Shown here piece after piece: positions 63,797-64,000 of a stretch of DNA of 64,000 nt. This DNA is from a virus, in the IMG/VR virus record IMGVR_UViG_3300020122_000155, positions 32,001 to 96,000 of that record; one strand, 5' to 3'. The translations under genes and the position numbers were made by a program. Position 1 is the stretch's first letter; each line of letters begins with the position of its first letter. Below the pieces are notes generated by a model. That model was not told the origin of the DNA and ran no database searches. It worked only from the letters and a program-made list of their open reading frames with translations.

Positions 63797-64000
63797 TGTG
63801 GGCCTGCTTTCTTTTTGTCGGTCGGTTGAGTTGGCGGATCGGGGATACGAGATACCGTCATTGTGTCCGGGTTGATCTTGCACTTTTCCAGAGCAAGTTT
63901 TTGCGCGTCGCAGATTGTCTTGACGAGAGCGTGTTCCTCGACGCCGAGCGCGTTAAGTTTCAACTGATTAATCTCCGATTGAAGGGCGAACACCTGCTTC
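63793..64000 (-). CDS. Partial hypothetical protein (runs off the window)
   Basis: ORF track, open to the window edge. Confidence 0.55.
   Translation of the reverse strand, partial: KQVFALQSEINQLKLNALGVEEHALVKTICDAQKLALEKCKINPDTMTVSRIPDPPTQPTDKKKAGPQ

Noticed and set aside
32940-63829. Numerous plus-strand ORFs opposite the late genes
   Set aside because: Antisense shadows of GC-rich coding sequence; only 51879-52556 has its own promoter and a coherent protein
1-64000. Genome-wide TAG reassignment
   Set aside because: Long ORFs are uninterrupted in code 11 and several genes end in TAG with the next gene out of frame

Overview
This window is part of a tailed dsDNA phage (or prophage) genome in the standard genetic code. 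The host is probably an Acidobacteria-like diderm; this is inferred from a PEP-CTERM protein, the style of the signal peptides and a small basic 'ARWAK' protein. Layout: (i) 526-15455, a leftward early arm with a TROVE+vWA (Ro60/Rsr-like) gene preceded by three Y-RNA-like tRNA mimics, HNH nucleases, an RRM protein, a PEP-CTERM protein and an ERF/YqaJ recombination pair. (ii) 15525-33028, a rightward arm with a PTH2-like gene and three atypical CCA-ended tRNA-like RNAs, an Sm/Hfq-like protein, a replication initiator, an AAA ATPase, a DNA methyltransferase, a Tad1-like anti-defence protein and many small genes. (iii) 32916-64000, a leftward late arm with ejection-type internal virion proteins, a Tlde1-type endolysin, holin-like proteins and seven large fibre/adhesin-like proteins that all start with Sec-type signal peptides. 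No capsid, terminase, portal or integrase gene was recognised in the window. The two strongest candidates for undescribed systems are RNA-centred. (1) An operon in which a probably leaderless PTH2-like gene reads ATG-ACG-TAG (amber at codon 3) and is followed by its own CUA-anticodon tRNA and two CCA-ended tRNA-like RNAs lacking an anticodon loop. (2) A Ro60-like locus with three tandem RNAs that share one terminal stem but attach it to a tRNA fold at three different points. All family assignments come from motif recognition by eye; no database search or folding program was run.
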